Below, in pieces: positions 9,849 to 21,611 of a stretch of 64,000 nt of DNA. Source of the stretch: an uncultured Thiomicrospira sp. GTDB taxonomy: Bacteria > Pseudomonadota > Gammaproteobacteria > CAKMZV01. A program made the position numbers and the translations under genes. Position 1 is the first letter of the stretch, and each line of letters opens with the position of its first letter. The notes beneath the pieces are model-generated. The model was not told the DNA's origin. It made no database searches and was given only the letters and a program-made list of their open reading frames with translations. The stretch is taken from assembly GCA_965195345.1 (NCBI GenBank), contig OZ239628.1:544001-608000 (forward strand), in the 5' to 3' direction.

Positions 9849-11105
9849 CTACCCTTCCTGTAAAGCGTTCTGCCACCCTCTCCTAATTGGATTAATGAGG
9901 TAGTTTAAAATGGTCTTTTTGCCGGTTAGTATGTCAACTTGAGAAAGCATTCCGGGAATAATGGGATTGCTAGGACCGAAATTGGTTTTATTAACCTTAA
10001 TTTTAGCAGTATAGAAAAACTCCCCCCGATTATCGTTTGAACTATCAGGACTTAGAGCAATAATTATTCCATCAAGGGAGCCAAAAACTGCAAAATCATA
10101 AGCACTAACTTTGGCTTTCACTTCTTGACCAAGCCAGACATCAGCACGATCTTTTGCCTTAATCTTTGCTTCGATGATTAAAGTATCATCAAGAGGGGTT
10201 ATATCTGCCAGTGAATCACCAGGTTTAATAATCCCGCCTTGTGTGTTTATAAATAATTGGTTTACTATCCCATTGACAGGCGAGAGGATTTCTTCTCTTG
10301 ACTGACGTTCAGCTCCAGCTTTTTGCTGCTCAAGAATTTTATCCAAATCAAGTTGATCCGTATTAAGTTCTTCTTGCAGCTTTAGTTGGTAGTTTGAAAT
10401 ATTTTGCGAATAACGGCTTTTAGCCTCGTTAATCTCAGCTTTAGCCGAAGGGATGGTTGCTTGAGACGCTTCTAATCGGGTTCGAATGGCTTGAATCCTC
10501 TGTTTAGTAGATAAAATTTCTCTTTTGGAGACAGCACCACTTTTTTCCAATTGTTTAATGAGCTCATAATCTTCTTGAGCAAATTTCAATTCGCGATTTA
10601 AGTTTTGAACTCGTATACGTTCTTCTTCAAGTTTCAGTTGTTTATGCCCTACAGAGTCTTTTAAAACACGTTGTTGGTTTTCGAAGTTTCTTTGTTGTGA
10701 ATGCATCAATTTAAGTTCGTTTGAAACCATCTCAGGGCTTTTTTCTTCAATGTATTTCGGGAAGTGGATCTCTTTTTTGTTCGCCAACTGAACCTTAATG
10801 CGGACTATTCGAGCTTCCAATGCGATTTTCTCTATATCAAGCGTCTGTAATTGAGCCTTAGCTGAGGAGTTACTGATGCGGAATAGCGGTTGGTTTATAT
10901 TGACAATATCCCCTTCAGCAACAAGAATTTCGGAAACAATGCCTCCTTCAAGATGTTGTATCTGTTTATTTTGCCCACTAGGAATAACGCGTCCTTCTGC
11001 ACGAACCACTTGTTCGATCTCCATAAACGAAGACCATGCAACAAAACTGAAGACAAAAAGTGCTAATAACCAAATAGTGACACTAGGAATTTTATTATTA
11101 ATCAT
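9849..11105 (-). CDS. HlyD family type I secretion membrane fusion protein (LapC-like)
   Basis: GRVIPSG..KQIQHLEGGIV, long coiled coil, SPVNGIV, KVSAYDFAVFGSLDG, PGML..VDILTG. Confidence 0.93.
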   Translation of the reverse strand: MINNKIPSVTIWLLALFVFSFVAWSSFMEIEQVVRAEGRVIPSGQNKQIQHLEGGIVSEILVAEGDIVNINQPLFRISNSSAKAQLQTLDIEKIALEARIVRIKVQLANKKEIHFPKYIEEKSPEMVSNELKLMHSQQRNFENQQRVLKDSVGHKQLKLEEERIRVQNLNRELKFAQEDYELIKQLEKSGAVSKREILSTKQRIQAIRTRLEASQATIPSAKAEINEAKSRYSQNISNYQLKLQEELNTDQLDLDKILEQQKAGAERQSREEILSPVNGIVNQLFINTQGGIIKPGDSLADITPLDDTLIIEAKIKAKDRADVWLGQEVKAKVSAYDFAVFGSLDGIIIALSPDSSNDNRGEFFYTAKIKVNKTNFGPSNPIIPGMLSQVDILTGKKTILNYLINPIRRGWQNALQEG

Positions 11106-11108
11106 AAT

Positions 11109-13319
11109 CTATAGATTATCAGTCCATGTTTGATGTTGTTTGTTTGATTTTTTAAATGCTTTCTTTAAAATTTCATCGCGTGGACCATCAGCAACTATTT
11201 GCCCTTTTTCCAAGATGATCATTCGCTCGGCGAGCGCGAATAAATCAGGGCGATGCGAAACGATAATCATGGTTTGATTCTTCATTCGTTTGCGCAAATA
11301 GTCGATTACACGTGCTTCTAAAATGGAATCCATGCCCGCAGTCGGTTCATCAAGAAGGTATACAGCATGATCATAAGCAAGCGCACGTAATAATGCGACC
11401 ATTTGACGTTGACCACCTGATAACCTTGATCCTTGCTCACCAATTTCAAAGGCAAGTCCTCCTCCTGAAATTTCGTCTAACAGCAACTGATCGAGTCCGA
11501 AATGGGTTAACATTTCGCTCAGATAAGATTCTTTTTGGGCGCGCGTGCCAAGATCAATATTACTATGGACTGTTCCAGAAAAGAAAGCAGGTGATTGAGT
11601 CATGAGCGATACTTGACGATGCAGCTCAAATGGATGCAAGTCAGCAATGTTATAGTTGTCAAGGTAGATGTTGCCCTGTTCTGTTTTTTCAAGATTTGCT
11701 AACAAGCGCAATAAAGTGCTTTTCCCAGCGCCACTTCGACCAGCAATGATGACATGTTCGCCAGGACGGATATGCAAATTAATTTTTTTCAAGCTGTTTT
11801 GAGAATTACCTGAATAGTTAAAATCAACGTCTTTAATAAGGATATTGCCTGTATATTTTCCTTTAGAGACCATCGACCCAACTGTGTCGTAATCGCTACT
11901 TTGACGTAAAGTTTGTCGCCACTGCTTAAGCATTGGCATTGCAGTATAAAACCGCACCACGGCATTACCAAAATTAACCATAGGTAAGATCGCACGTGCA
12001 GATAATATGGAACATGCTATTAGTCCACCTAGGCTAAGTTGTTTTTCAAAGATTTGAAACGCGCCAACTATAATGACTAATACACTCACCGATTGTACAA
12101 GCAGAGGCGTTGCATGCCCTAGGCTGCCATTCCACATTTGAGACTTGCGTGTGATTAAAATGCCTTTTTTAACTTGGGTACTCCAACGATACAAAAATTT
12201 TGCAAAGGCATTGGCAATTTTTATGTTCTCTTTACCTTGTAATGTTTCGATTAAAAAACTCTCTCTTTCTTTTCTTAGGGTATAGTTTTTTTTCCCCAGA
12301 CTGACGATGGGGTAGTGGTGTATCACATTCAAAACAAAAATTCCAAAGCCAACCGCAATAGGAACCAAGACCAAAATAGGGGATATTAGATAAATAACGA
12401 ACAGAAAGAGCAGAACAAATGGTGCCTCTATCAACTCAACGATCATTTTCCCGAAAAAAGCAGCACGAAAATTTTGCATTTCATGGAACATCTCAGTGTT
12501 TACTCCAACGCCTGAAGAAAGCGCACGATTTTGCCCAAGAATTTTTCGTAGAAGTTGTACGTCAATAGACTCACCAATGCGCGCTGACAAATTCTCAAGA
12601 AGGTGTTGTCTGGATATTCGAAATATATAATCAAGCACGAAAATAATACATATGCCAGACGCCAATACCCAGAGTGTTTCTGTCGCCGCATTGGGAACGA
12701 CTTTATCGTATACATTCATACTGAATAATGGCAATGCCAACTGGAATAGACTAATTACCGATGTGGCAACCAGCACTTCAAACAGGGTGCGCAATAATTT
12801 TTTGTCGATTAGTGCGCTTAGTCCAGTGGTGTCGGGGAGCGTTAAAACTTCAACATTAGGCTCAAGGGTGAGTACTTGATTAGCAAACTGAGTTTGCAAC
12901 TCGCTAAGAGTAACGCGCTTGTGTGTTATTTTTTCGTCGTTATCCAGCTCAGAAAGAATGGACTCATTTTCTTCAAATGCTAAAAGTGTTATAGCAGAGC
13001 CATTATTTAAAAATAGAAGTGCTGGTAGAGAAATTTCTTTTAGTCGCTCCCAAGTGCAAGATTGTAAGTCGGTTTTGAATCCTAACTGGGCTGCAACCGA
13101 AATGATATCCTGAATTTCAAAAGGTTCACCACCCTCTGGCTTTTGCGCCATATGATAGATTTCATCCGTTGATATTGAGTAATGATGACTGGCAAATAAG
13201 CAGTGAGCTGATTCAAGAAAGTTCGTTGGATCAATGTTTGACAATGACTCATCCACAACGACTTCGGCAACAATAGAATCTTCAGGTAGTTGATCCGATT
13301 GTTTTTTAATTTGGATCAT
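11109..13319 (-). CDS. type I secretion ABC transporter permease/ATPase (LapB/HlyB-like, N-terminal C39-like domain)
   Basis: PLFSMNVYDKVVPN..TETLWVL, Walker A GRSGAGKST, LSGGQRQ, LLDEPT. Confidence 0.93.
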   Translation of the reverse strand: MIQIKKQSDQLPEDSIVAEVVVDESLSNIDPTNFLESAHCLFASHHYSISTDEIYHMAQKPEGGEPFEIQDIISVAAQLGFKTDLQSCTWERLKEISLPALLFLNNGSAITLLAFEENESILSELDNDEKITHKRVTLSELQTQFANQVLTLEPNVEVLTLPDTTGLSALIDKKLLRTLFEVLVATSVISLFQLALPLFSMNVYDKVVPNAATETLWVLASGICIIFVLDYIFRISRQHLLENLSARIGESIDVQLLRKILGQNRALSSGVGVNTEMFHEMQNFRAAFFGKMIVELIEAPFVLLFLFVIYLISPILVLVPIAVGFGIFVLNVIHHYPIVSLGKKNYTLRKERESFLIETLQGKENIKIANAFAKFLYRWSTQVKKGILITRKSQMWNGSLGHATPLLVQSVSVLVIIVGAFQIFEKQLSLGGLIACSILSARAILPMVNFGNAVVRFYTAMPMLKQWRQTLRQSSDYDTVGSMVSKGKYTGNILIKDVDFNYSGNSQNSLKKINLHIRPGEHVIIAGRSGAGKSTLLRLLANLEKTEQGNIYLDNYNIADLHPFELHRQVSLMTQSPAFFSGTVHSNIDLGTRAQKESYLSEMLTHFGLDQLLLDEISGGGLAFEIGEQGSRLSGGQRQMVALLRALAYDHAVYLLDEPTAGMDSILEARVIDYLRKRMKNQTMIIVSHRPDLFALAERMIILEKGQIVADGPRDEILKKAFKKSNKQHQTWTDNL

Positions 13320-13353
13320 AAGGATTTATACCGTCAGCAATAGTAAGCTCCTC

Positions 13354-13491
13354 TTAGTATGTTTTTTCATACGTATGGCTTTGGTTTTTACTTGATTCTT
13401 CCGACTCTGGCGAGGATTCAAGAGGCGTTTTATGTGCACACGCGCTTAAAATTAGGAGGTGGAAAATGTAAAGTAGCATCAAATGTTTCAT
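13354..13491 (-). CDS. small lipoprotein (45 aa), not in ORF track
   Basis: Manual translation: MKHLMLLYIFHLLILSACAHKTPLESSPESEESSKNQSHTYEKTY*; canonical LSAC lipobox; ends 34 nt before the T1SS ABC start. Confidence 0.6.
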   Translation of the reverse strand: MKHLMLLYIFHLLILSACAHKTPLESSPESEESSKNQSHTYEKTY

Positions 13492-13583
13492 ATTACAGGG
13501 ATTTTGAATCAAGTATAATTGAATGTCTATTTTAATTGATAACCAATTCAGTTTGCTGTATAAAAACTAGACCACTCTTGATT

Positions 13584-14306
13584 ATGCAAAAACCCTACTA
13601 TATTTTCCTTTACATCTTCGGCTTATTGGCTTTGTCTTCATGTACGAAAACGTTTACAAATGAAGAATATCCCTCGTCCTCCACAGAGAGTTATGTTATT
13701 GAGTTCCATAGTCTATGGAATCCGGACAGTGGGCATAATTTTGAAAAATTTCCTTCAAGCGCTCACTTTAGCCCTCCTGTAGTCGTTAGTCATAACAAAG
13801 CCGTTGAATTTTGGAAAGAGGGTGAATTAGCCAGTAAAGGTGTAGAACGAATTGCCGAAATTGGCAGAACCAGAGAGTTTGGGAAGGAAGTAAGAGTGGC
13901 TAATGAGAATGGGATGGTTCTGCAGTTTGAAAGAGAGGGTTCTTTTGACTGGGACGAGACTGAAAGTATGCTTATAAAGGTGAGTGATGAGTTTCATTTT
14001 ATCAGTGTTCTCAGTATGATAGCGCCGAGCCCTGATTGGTTTGTTGGCTTAAATGGGTTGGATATGAAAGACGAGGACGGTCGCTGGAAAGATTATGTGG
14101 AATGCCAGCTCTTGGGCTATGATGCCGGCACAGAAGAAGGAACGAGTTACGATCTTGATAATCTTGAAAGCAATCCTTTGCAAAAAATACATAAGCTTTC
14201 CGATGATGTTTCCCTTAAGGCTCGAGGAATTATTTTACAAGAGCCGTATTTATTATTGAAAATCAAACGGGTCGGCTCTACGGAAGAGGTTCCTTCGGAT
14301 TGTTAA
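13584..14306 (+). CDS. Spondin_N domain lipoprotein
   Basis: LLALSSC lipobox; AHFSPPVVVSHN, WKEGELASKGVERIAEIG, SMIAPSPDWFVGL, YDAGTEEG are Spondin_N motifs; ATG 13584 preferred over TTG 13536. Confidence 0.85.
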   Translation: MQKPYYIFLYIFGLLALSSCTKTFTNEEYPSSSTESYVIEFHSLWNPDSGHNFEKFPSSAHFSPPVVVSHNKAVEFWKEGELASKGVERIAEIGRTREFGKEVRVANENGMVLQFEREGSFDWDETESMLIKVSDEFHFISVLSMIAPSPDWFVGLNGLDMKDEDGRWKDYVECQLLGYDAGTEEGTSYDLDNLESNPLQKIHKLSDDVSLKARGIILQEPYLLLKIKRVGSTEEVPSDC

Positions 14307-14311
14307 AAAAC

Positions 14312-14340
14312 TTGACTATCCAGTGTTTTCTGGTTAGAAT
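14312..14340 (+). promoter_or_regulatory. sigma70 promoter of rplM-rpsI with GC-rich discriminator
   Basis: TTGACT-17 nt-TAGAAT followed by GCCCGCC. Confidence 0.8.
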
Positions 14341-14403
14341 GCCCGCCTTTCTTAATCCTTGGTTTAACGAGGATTATCACTTAATTTAATAGAGATTAGT
14401 AAA

Positions 14404-14841
14404 ATGATTGGAAAACGTTCTTACGTTGCCACAACCGAAACGATTACTCGCGACTGGTATGTCGTTGATGCAACTGGAAAAACCTTAGGAAGGCTGGCTA
14501 CAGAGTTAGCGGCGCGTTTACGCGGAAAGCATCGTCCATATTACACCCCTGGTGTAGATTGTGGGGATTTCCTTGTTGTCATCAATGCCGACAAAGTAGC
14601 TGTAACAGGTAATAAAGCCACCAATAAGATGTATTATCGTTATACGGGTTATGTTGGAAACATGAAGGAAATGAGCTTTGAGAAGATGATGCAAAAAGAC
14701 TCTTGCAAAGTTCTTGAATTGGCGGTTAAAGGTATGTTGCCAAGAGGACCTCTTGGTCGACAACAACTTAGAAACTTGAAAGTATATCCTGAAAGTGCTC
14801 ATCCACACGAAGCGCAGGAACCGATTGAGTTGACGTTATAA
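14404..14841 (+). CDS. rplM: 50S ribosomal protein uL13
   Basis: [44 protein letters not shown]. Confidence 0.98.
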   Translation: MIGKRSYVATTETITRDWYVVDATGKTLGRLATELAARLRGKHRPYYTPGVDCGDFLVVINADKVAVTGNKATNKMYYRYTGYVGNMKEMSFEKMMQKDSCKVLELAVKGMLPRGPLGRQQLRNLKVYPESAHPHEAQEPIELTL

Positions 14842-14865
14842 AACGAATACAGATAGAGATATTTT

Positions 14866-15252
14866 ATGGAACAAATTTTTGCAACTGGTCGTCGTAAAAG
14901 TGCAGTAGCTCGAGTTAGAGTTAAACTTGGCGAAGGAAAAATCATCATCAATCATCGCGAACAAGCCGTTTATTTTGGTCGTGAAACTGATCGGATGATT
15001 ATTCGTCAGCCCTTAGAGTCAGTTGATTTAATGGGCAAGTTTGACATTCATGTGAATGTGAACGGAGGTGGTAGCACTGGGCAAGCTGGTGCGATTAGAC
15101 ACGGTATAGCCAGAGCATTGCTTGGTTATGACGAAACTCTAAAAAGCTCATTACGCAAAAGTGGTTTTATTACGCGTGATGCGCGTGAAGTAGAACGTAA
15201 AAAAGTAGGATTGCGAAAAGCTAGAAAACGGCCTCAATTCTCGAAACGTTAA
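14866..15252 (+). CDS. rpsI: 30S ribosomal protein uS9
   Basis: [37 protein letters not shown]. Confidence 0.98.
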   Translation: MEQIFATGRRKSAVARVRVKLGEGKIIINHREQAVYFGRETDRMIIRQPLESVDLMGKFDIHVNVNGGGSTGQAGAIRHGIARALLGYDETLKSSLRKSGFITRDAREVERKKVGLRKARKRPQFSKR

Positions 15253-15293
15253 TGCTTTCGAATTAGAGATTGCAAACTACAAATCGATTTCTG

Positions 15294-15320
15294 AAAACGC
15301 GACTTATGGTCGCGTTTTTT
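15294..15320 (+). terminator. intrinsic terminator after rpsI
   Basis: AAAACGCGAC-TTATG-GTCGCGTTTTTT stem-loop with U tract. Confidence 0.85.
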
Positions 15321-15358
15321 GTTAGAGTGACTATAAAATCTCATGGATAATACTGGCA

Positions 15359-16180
15359 ATGATTCAATTTCGTAAGATGCATGGACTTGGTAATGATTTT
15401 ATGGTGGTTGATGCCATCAACCAATCATTTCATCCTGACGTGGCTGTCATAAGAAAATTAGCAGATAGACGTTTAGGTATTGGTTTTGATCAATTGCTTT
15501 TGGTAGAGCGTGCATTAACCTTTGATATTGACTTTCAATTTACGATTTTCAATGCGGATGGTTCAAAAGTAACACAGTGTGGGAATGGTGCGCGTTGTTT
15601 TGCTCGCTTTGTGTTTGAAAAAGGATTGACTGATAAACGGAAAATGCTGGTGAGCACTCAGTCAACAAAAATGACGCTTGACTTAGTGAGAAATGACTAC
15701 GTGAGCGTTGACATGGGGGAACCAATTTTTATTGTTGAAAAAATACCAGTGCAGCAGGGGGTAACGACTTTCTCTTTTGAAGGTGAAGAATACACTTTTT
15801 GTCCAATTGGAATGGGAAACCCTCATGCCATTATTTGGTTACCTCATATCGATGATATAGACATAGAACCTTTAGCAAGAGCCATGCAATCAAGTGAAAT
15901 ATTTCCTGATTCGGTTAATGTTGGTTTTGCACAAAAGGTTAGTGATTCGGTTATTAAATTGCGTGTTTATGAACGAGGAGCAGGCGAAACATACGCTTGC
16001 GGTAGTGGTGCTTGCGCAGCAGTAGTATCAGGAATACAAAAAAAAATATTGAGTGTTAATGTTGCAGTTGAATTAAGAGGAGGAAGACTTGATATTTGTT
16101 GGAATGGAATTGGGCAATCTGTTATTATGAGTGGCGAGGCAACTAACGTATACGATGGCACAATTGATTGTGCTAATTAG
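15359..16180 (+). CDS. dapF: diaminopimelate epimerase
   Basis: KMHGLGNDF, QCGNGARC, MGNPH, ERGAGETYACGSGACA. Confidence 0.97.
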   Translation: MIQFRKMHGLGNDFMVVDAINQSFHPDVAVIRKLADRRLGIGFDQLLLVERALTFDIDFQFTIFNADGSKVTQCGNGARCFARFVFEKGLTDKRKMLVSTQSTKMTLDLVRNDYVSVDMGEPIFIVEKIPVQQGVTTFSFEGEEYTFCPIGMGNPHAIIWLPHIDDIDIEPLARAMQSSEIFPDSVNVGFAQKVSDSVIKLRVYERGAGETYACGSGACAAVVSGIQKKILSVNVAVELRGGRLDICWNGIGQSVIMSGEATNVYDGTIDCAN

Positions 16181-16205
16181 AAAATAATTCTTGAGGAGAA
16201 CTTAA

Positions 16206-18074
<1,869 letters not shown>

Positions 18075-18227
18075 CTCAGAATCGCACTTTTTAGAAAAGA
18101 CATTAAGACTTTTAGGTAGGATGGTTTTTCTAGGATACGCTTTTTAATAGGCGTTTAGACATGCGTGTGTGATGATTCCAATTTGAGCACGGGATAATTA
18201 ATCCAGATTAGAATGCCGAGCTTTGTT

Positions 18228-19574
18228 TTATATACTTGGTCCCACTTTTAGCTTGCTGCCATCGCTAAAGCGTGAAAAGCGGAATCGCTTCATATTGTGT
18301 TCTATGGTTTTTCCAGCTGCCATGTGAGCAATTATTTTACCAAATCCAGGTCCTATACCAAAGCCATGACCACTCATACCAGTGGCTATGATTAGCCCAG
18401 TCAATGTAGGCGCACGGTCCACTATGGGGACTAAGTCAGGCATGGCATCGATCATTCCCGCCCATGCACTCGTTATAGGGATTTTTTCTTTTACGCATAA
18501 GTGAGGAAAGCGTAACCCAAATCGTTTTTGCATGACTTGTGTTTTCTGTGGAGCTGGTGATGGATTTAGTATTCTCATTTTTTCAAAAGGAGATATTTCA
18601 TCTCCTTTCCATTTTCGCACAGTGCTCCAACTATCTGGAAAGCCAGCAGGAGCCTGTCGATTTAAATGCAAGTCAGACCAACTTTTGGCTGCAGAAAATC
18701 TCCATTTCATGGCATTTCGAAGAGCATCGGGGCCCATAAAAAGCTCGATGAAGTCAGGAAGAGCAAGCGTATATCCACCGTCATTGCGTCGTCGAAAAGA
18801 CAATTGTTCATCGGCGGCATTGCCTTGCCAAATTTCAGGCAAGGGAGCGGTTTGTGCCACCGTTGCTCTTACAGCAAGCTGTGGAATGTTAATGTTTAAA
18901 TTTCTTAAGAACAATGACGACCAAGCTCCTGTTGCAAGCACTGCTTGCGTTGTTTTTATAAGACCTTGCTCGGTATGTAAACCGCATAGCGCTCCAGCAT
19001 TCGTCTCAACGCTGCGCACAGCACATTTTTCTATGATAACAACTCCTTCACGTTGCGCTAGTAAAGCGATTTCTTTCACAGCTTGCCATGGCTCTGCTCG
19101 TGCGTCATTTGGAGTGTGAATTGCCCCAAGCCATTGGTGCTGGTTAACTTTCAATAGAGAAGATATTTGCTTACTATTTAGTTCAACGCTATTAATTCCG
19201 TAATGTTGTGCTGTTTTCAGCCAGAGACGGCGTTGAATTAATTTTTTTTCACTGCTTGCTAAATACATCAAGCCACCACGTTTAAAACCTGTTTTTCCGC
19301 CAGTCTCACGTTCTGTTTCTTCCCATAGTTTTAGAGCATCATTCATAATAGGAATTTCGTCCTCATCACGACCTTGTTGACGAATCCACCCCCAGTTGCG
19401 CGATGATTGTTCACAAGCAATTAGCCCTTTCTCTAGCAGGACGACCTTCAGTCCCAATCGATTCATAAAAAGCGCTGAGAATACGCCAATAACACCGCCA
19501 CCAATGACAACGACATCGGCACTATCTGAGAGTTTGCCTGAAAAATGGATTGAATTACTGGATGATGGAATCAT
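18228..19574 (-). CDS. FAD-dependent oxidoreductase, D-amino-acid oxidase/DadA family
   Basis: VVIGGGVIG Rossmann motif, EQSSRNWGWIRQQGRD, WAGMIDAMPD, SGHGFGIGPG. Confidence 0.88.
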   Translation of the reverse strand: MIPSSSNSIHFSGKLSDSADVVVIGGGVIGVFSALFMNRLGLKVVLLEKGLIACEQSSRNWGWIRQQGRDEDEIPIMNDALKLWEETERETGGKTGFKRGGLMYLASSEKKLIQRRLWLKTAQHYGINSVELNSKQISSLLKVNQHQWLGAIHTPNDARAEPWQAVKEIALLAQREGVVIIEKCAVRSVETNAGALCGLHTEQGLIKTTQAVLATGAWSSLFLRNLNINIPQLAVRATVAQTAPLPEIWQGNAADEQLSFRRRNDGGYTLALPDFIELFMGPDALRNAMKWRFSAAKSWSDLHLNRQAPAGFPDSWSTVRKWKGDEISPFEKMRILNPSPAPQKTQVMQKRFGLRFPHLCVKEKIPITSAWAGMIDAMPDLVPIVDRAPTLTGLIIATGMSGHGFGIGPGFGKIIAHMAAGKTIEHNMKRFRFSRFSDGSKLKVGPSI

Positions 19575-19595
19575 TTTTAGCCATTAATTTGGAAA

Positions 19596-20366
19596 TCAGC
19601 AATGGGTAATGTTACCAAATAATATATCTGTGCGGATAATATATTTTTTACCACGCGTTATTTTTTCACTTGAATGAATGCAATGCAGAGGATGCGAGCC
19701 GTGCGGAAAGCAAAGCGCACCGCCACGAGGGGTTTGAACACTGACAACATTAGAATCTTCATTGCTTCGAGCTGGTCTGCTGGGATTATTTTTACTGACC
19801 ATAAATTGCGTTTGTCCACCGTCATAGTCATCGCTGAGGAATAGTAGATATGTATAGAGGCTGCACATACCCTCGTATGCATCAGCAACGAGCACACCAT
19901 CTATTACTCGACTTCCTGGCCAAGAACCATCAGAATGCGGTTTAAAGTAGTCTCCAGAATTATATTTGTAAAATCGGAATCGAGCATTTAATCCGTGTGC
20001 AATTTGCCCATGCCATTGCTCCTGAATAAGTGAGGTAGAACGATTCCATATCGTTGAGTCTATGTTTTCGCTAACAACCCAATTAACGTTTTCATTATGG
20101 CGAATGTCGTGAGGTAATGAAACGGGTGAATCTTCATTGAACCCTAAGTGTTCAGCAATGTTGATAAAACGCTGGCATTCGGTTTCGCTTAAAACGTTCA
20201 AAAGCTGAAAGGCGCCAGGAATTTTTGGTAGATCTTTTCGAATCGTGTTTGGTGTTACAGTATCGAATAGTAAGTTTGCGGGTACTCTATCTGACCAAGT
20301 TGGTAAGTTATTTACATGAAAACCTGCTTCATGTGCGATGACGTAAAAATACTCTGAATTAATCAA
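19596..20366 (-). CDS. 2OG-Fe(II) oxygenase, prolyl-4-hydroxylase-like
   Basis: RFRFYKY..GDYFKPHSDG (HxD), LFLSDDYDGGQT, distal H in IHSS, KYIIRTD. Confidence 0.85.
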   Translation of the reverse strand: MINSEYFYVIAHEAGFHVNNLPTWSDRVPANLLFDTVTPNTIRKDLPKIPGAFQLLNVLSETECQRFINIAEHLGFNEDSPVSLPHDIRHNENVNWVVSENIDSTIWNRSTSLIQEQWHGQIAHGLNARFRFYKYNSGDYFKPHSDGSWPGSRVIDGVLVADAYEGMCSLYTYLLFLSDDYDGGQTQFMVSKNNPSRPARSNEDSNVVSVQTPRGGALCFPHGSHPLHCIHSSEKITRGKKYIIRTDILFGNITHC

Positions 20367-20465
20367 GGGAATTTCCCACCCTTTTTCTTACTCTATAACG
20401 TTTGTTAAGTGTAATCATTAGCTAATAATGGTGTCATTATCGCATATAAAATCTATGCAGACGTT

Positions 20466-21611
20466 CTAGTTGAAATGCACACGAAATTGATCAACAATGT
20501 CCCAGTCTAATTGAATCCCAAGCCCAGAGTCATCAGAAACAGGAAGCATTCCGTTTTTTTGAATTTTGGAGCCATTTCTGATTAGTTTTTGCCGTAGAAG
20601 AGAATTGCTTGTCGAATATTCCATCGGTTCAGAGATTGCATTCGTACACATGAAGTGTATATTTGCCGCAAGCATAATATCTGTGTTGTAACAATGAGGA
20701 GTAATACGTTTGTTGTTTTTCTTTAATATTTTATTAAGCTTAATTGCCTCACTAATTCCCCCAAACAAAGTTAAATCAGGCTGCGCAATGTCAAAGGCAT
20801 CGGCTTGTAAAAACGGCAAGAATTCTTTCGTGGTTATTAAGCCAACATCACCGACAGCAATGGGTAATTGTGTGATTTTCTTTAAACGTGCGTGATCATC
20901 AATATTATCTGCATCGAAAGGTGCTTCGATCCATTTGAAATTAAGATTTTCTAATGTGGGGATAATTTGTTCAATCTGCTCAAAAAGGGTTAATTCCATA
21001 GCAGCATCAAACATCATGTCAATTTCGGGACCTACAAAATTACGAATTTGGTGTAAAACTTCTATTGCTAAAGGAATATCACTCCACCACTCTTCTGCAC
21101 ATACTTTTATGCTTTTGAATCCTTGCTCAAGAATTTTGTCAATGTTTGGAATAAACTCTTTTGAGTCGTTCCCTGTAGGATAGATTGTTGCATAAGCAGG
21201 CAACGCACTGTACTTTTTGTCTCCTAAGTACGAATGAACAGGTCTATTATTGAGTTTTCCTAATAAATCCCATAAAGCAATGTCTATAGCACTGATAGCG
21301 TGCAAAGCAATTCCATAGCGACCATGCCAATTTGTATGGTGGTACATCTTTTGCCACAATCGTTTGATGTCTTCCTCAGTGGTGAGAGACTCACCTTCAA
21401 TAATTGATGCCAGCCCTTGTGAAAGCACGTTGTAAGCAGGACACTCAATAAGCGCTTTAATAATTGTAGGTGGAGAATCCGTTTCTCCAACGCCGTAAGT
21501 GCCATTTTCAGCATGCACCACAATGAGAGCATTCTGATAACTACCCTCGTAACGTACATAGTCGATTTGAGGATCATTAAGGCAGATAATTTCAAGTTTT
21601 TCAATGCGCAT
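20466..21611 (-). CDS. mandelate racemase/muconate lactonizing enzyme (enolase superfamily) protein
   Basis: AISAIDIALWDLLGK, KSIKV (KxK-like), MFDAA, WIEAP, DIAQPDL, PHC; ATG 21611 follows GAGGGG. Confidence 0.88.
   Translation of the reverse strand: MRIEKLEIICLNDPQIDYVRYEGSYQNALIVVHAENGTYGVGETDSPPTIIKALIECPAYNVLSQGLASIIEGESLTTEEDIKRLWQKMYHHTNWHGRYGIALHAISAIDIALWDLLGKLNNRPVHSYLGDKKYSALPAYATIYPTGNDSKEFIPNIDKILEQGFKSIKVCAEEWWSDIPLAIEVLHQIRNFVGPEIDMMFDAAMELTLFEQIEQIIPTLENLNFKWIEAPFDADNIDDHARLKKITQLPIAVGDVGLITTKEFLPFLQADAFDIAQPDLTLFGGISEAIKLNKILKKNNKRITPHCYNTDIMLAANIHFMCTNAISEPMEYSTSNSLLRQKLIRNGSKIQKNGMLPVSDDSGLGIQLDWDIVDQFRVHFN

Noticed and set aside
18532-19119. 195-aa antisense ORF (and similar ones at 26451-27752, 40496-40999, 56114-56509)
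   Set aside because: Fully opposite well-conserved genes; typical antisense open frames with no motifs.
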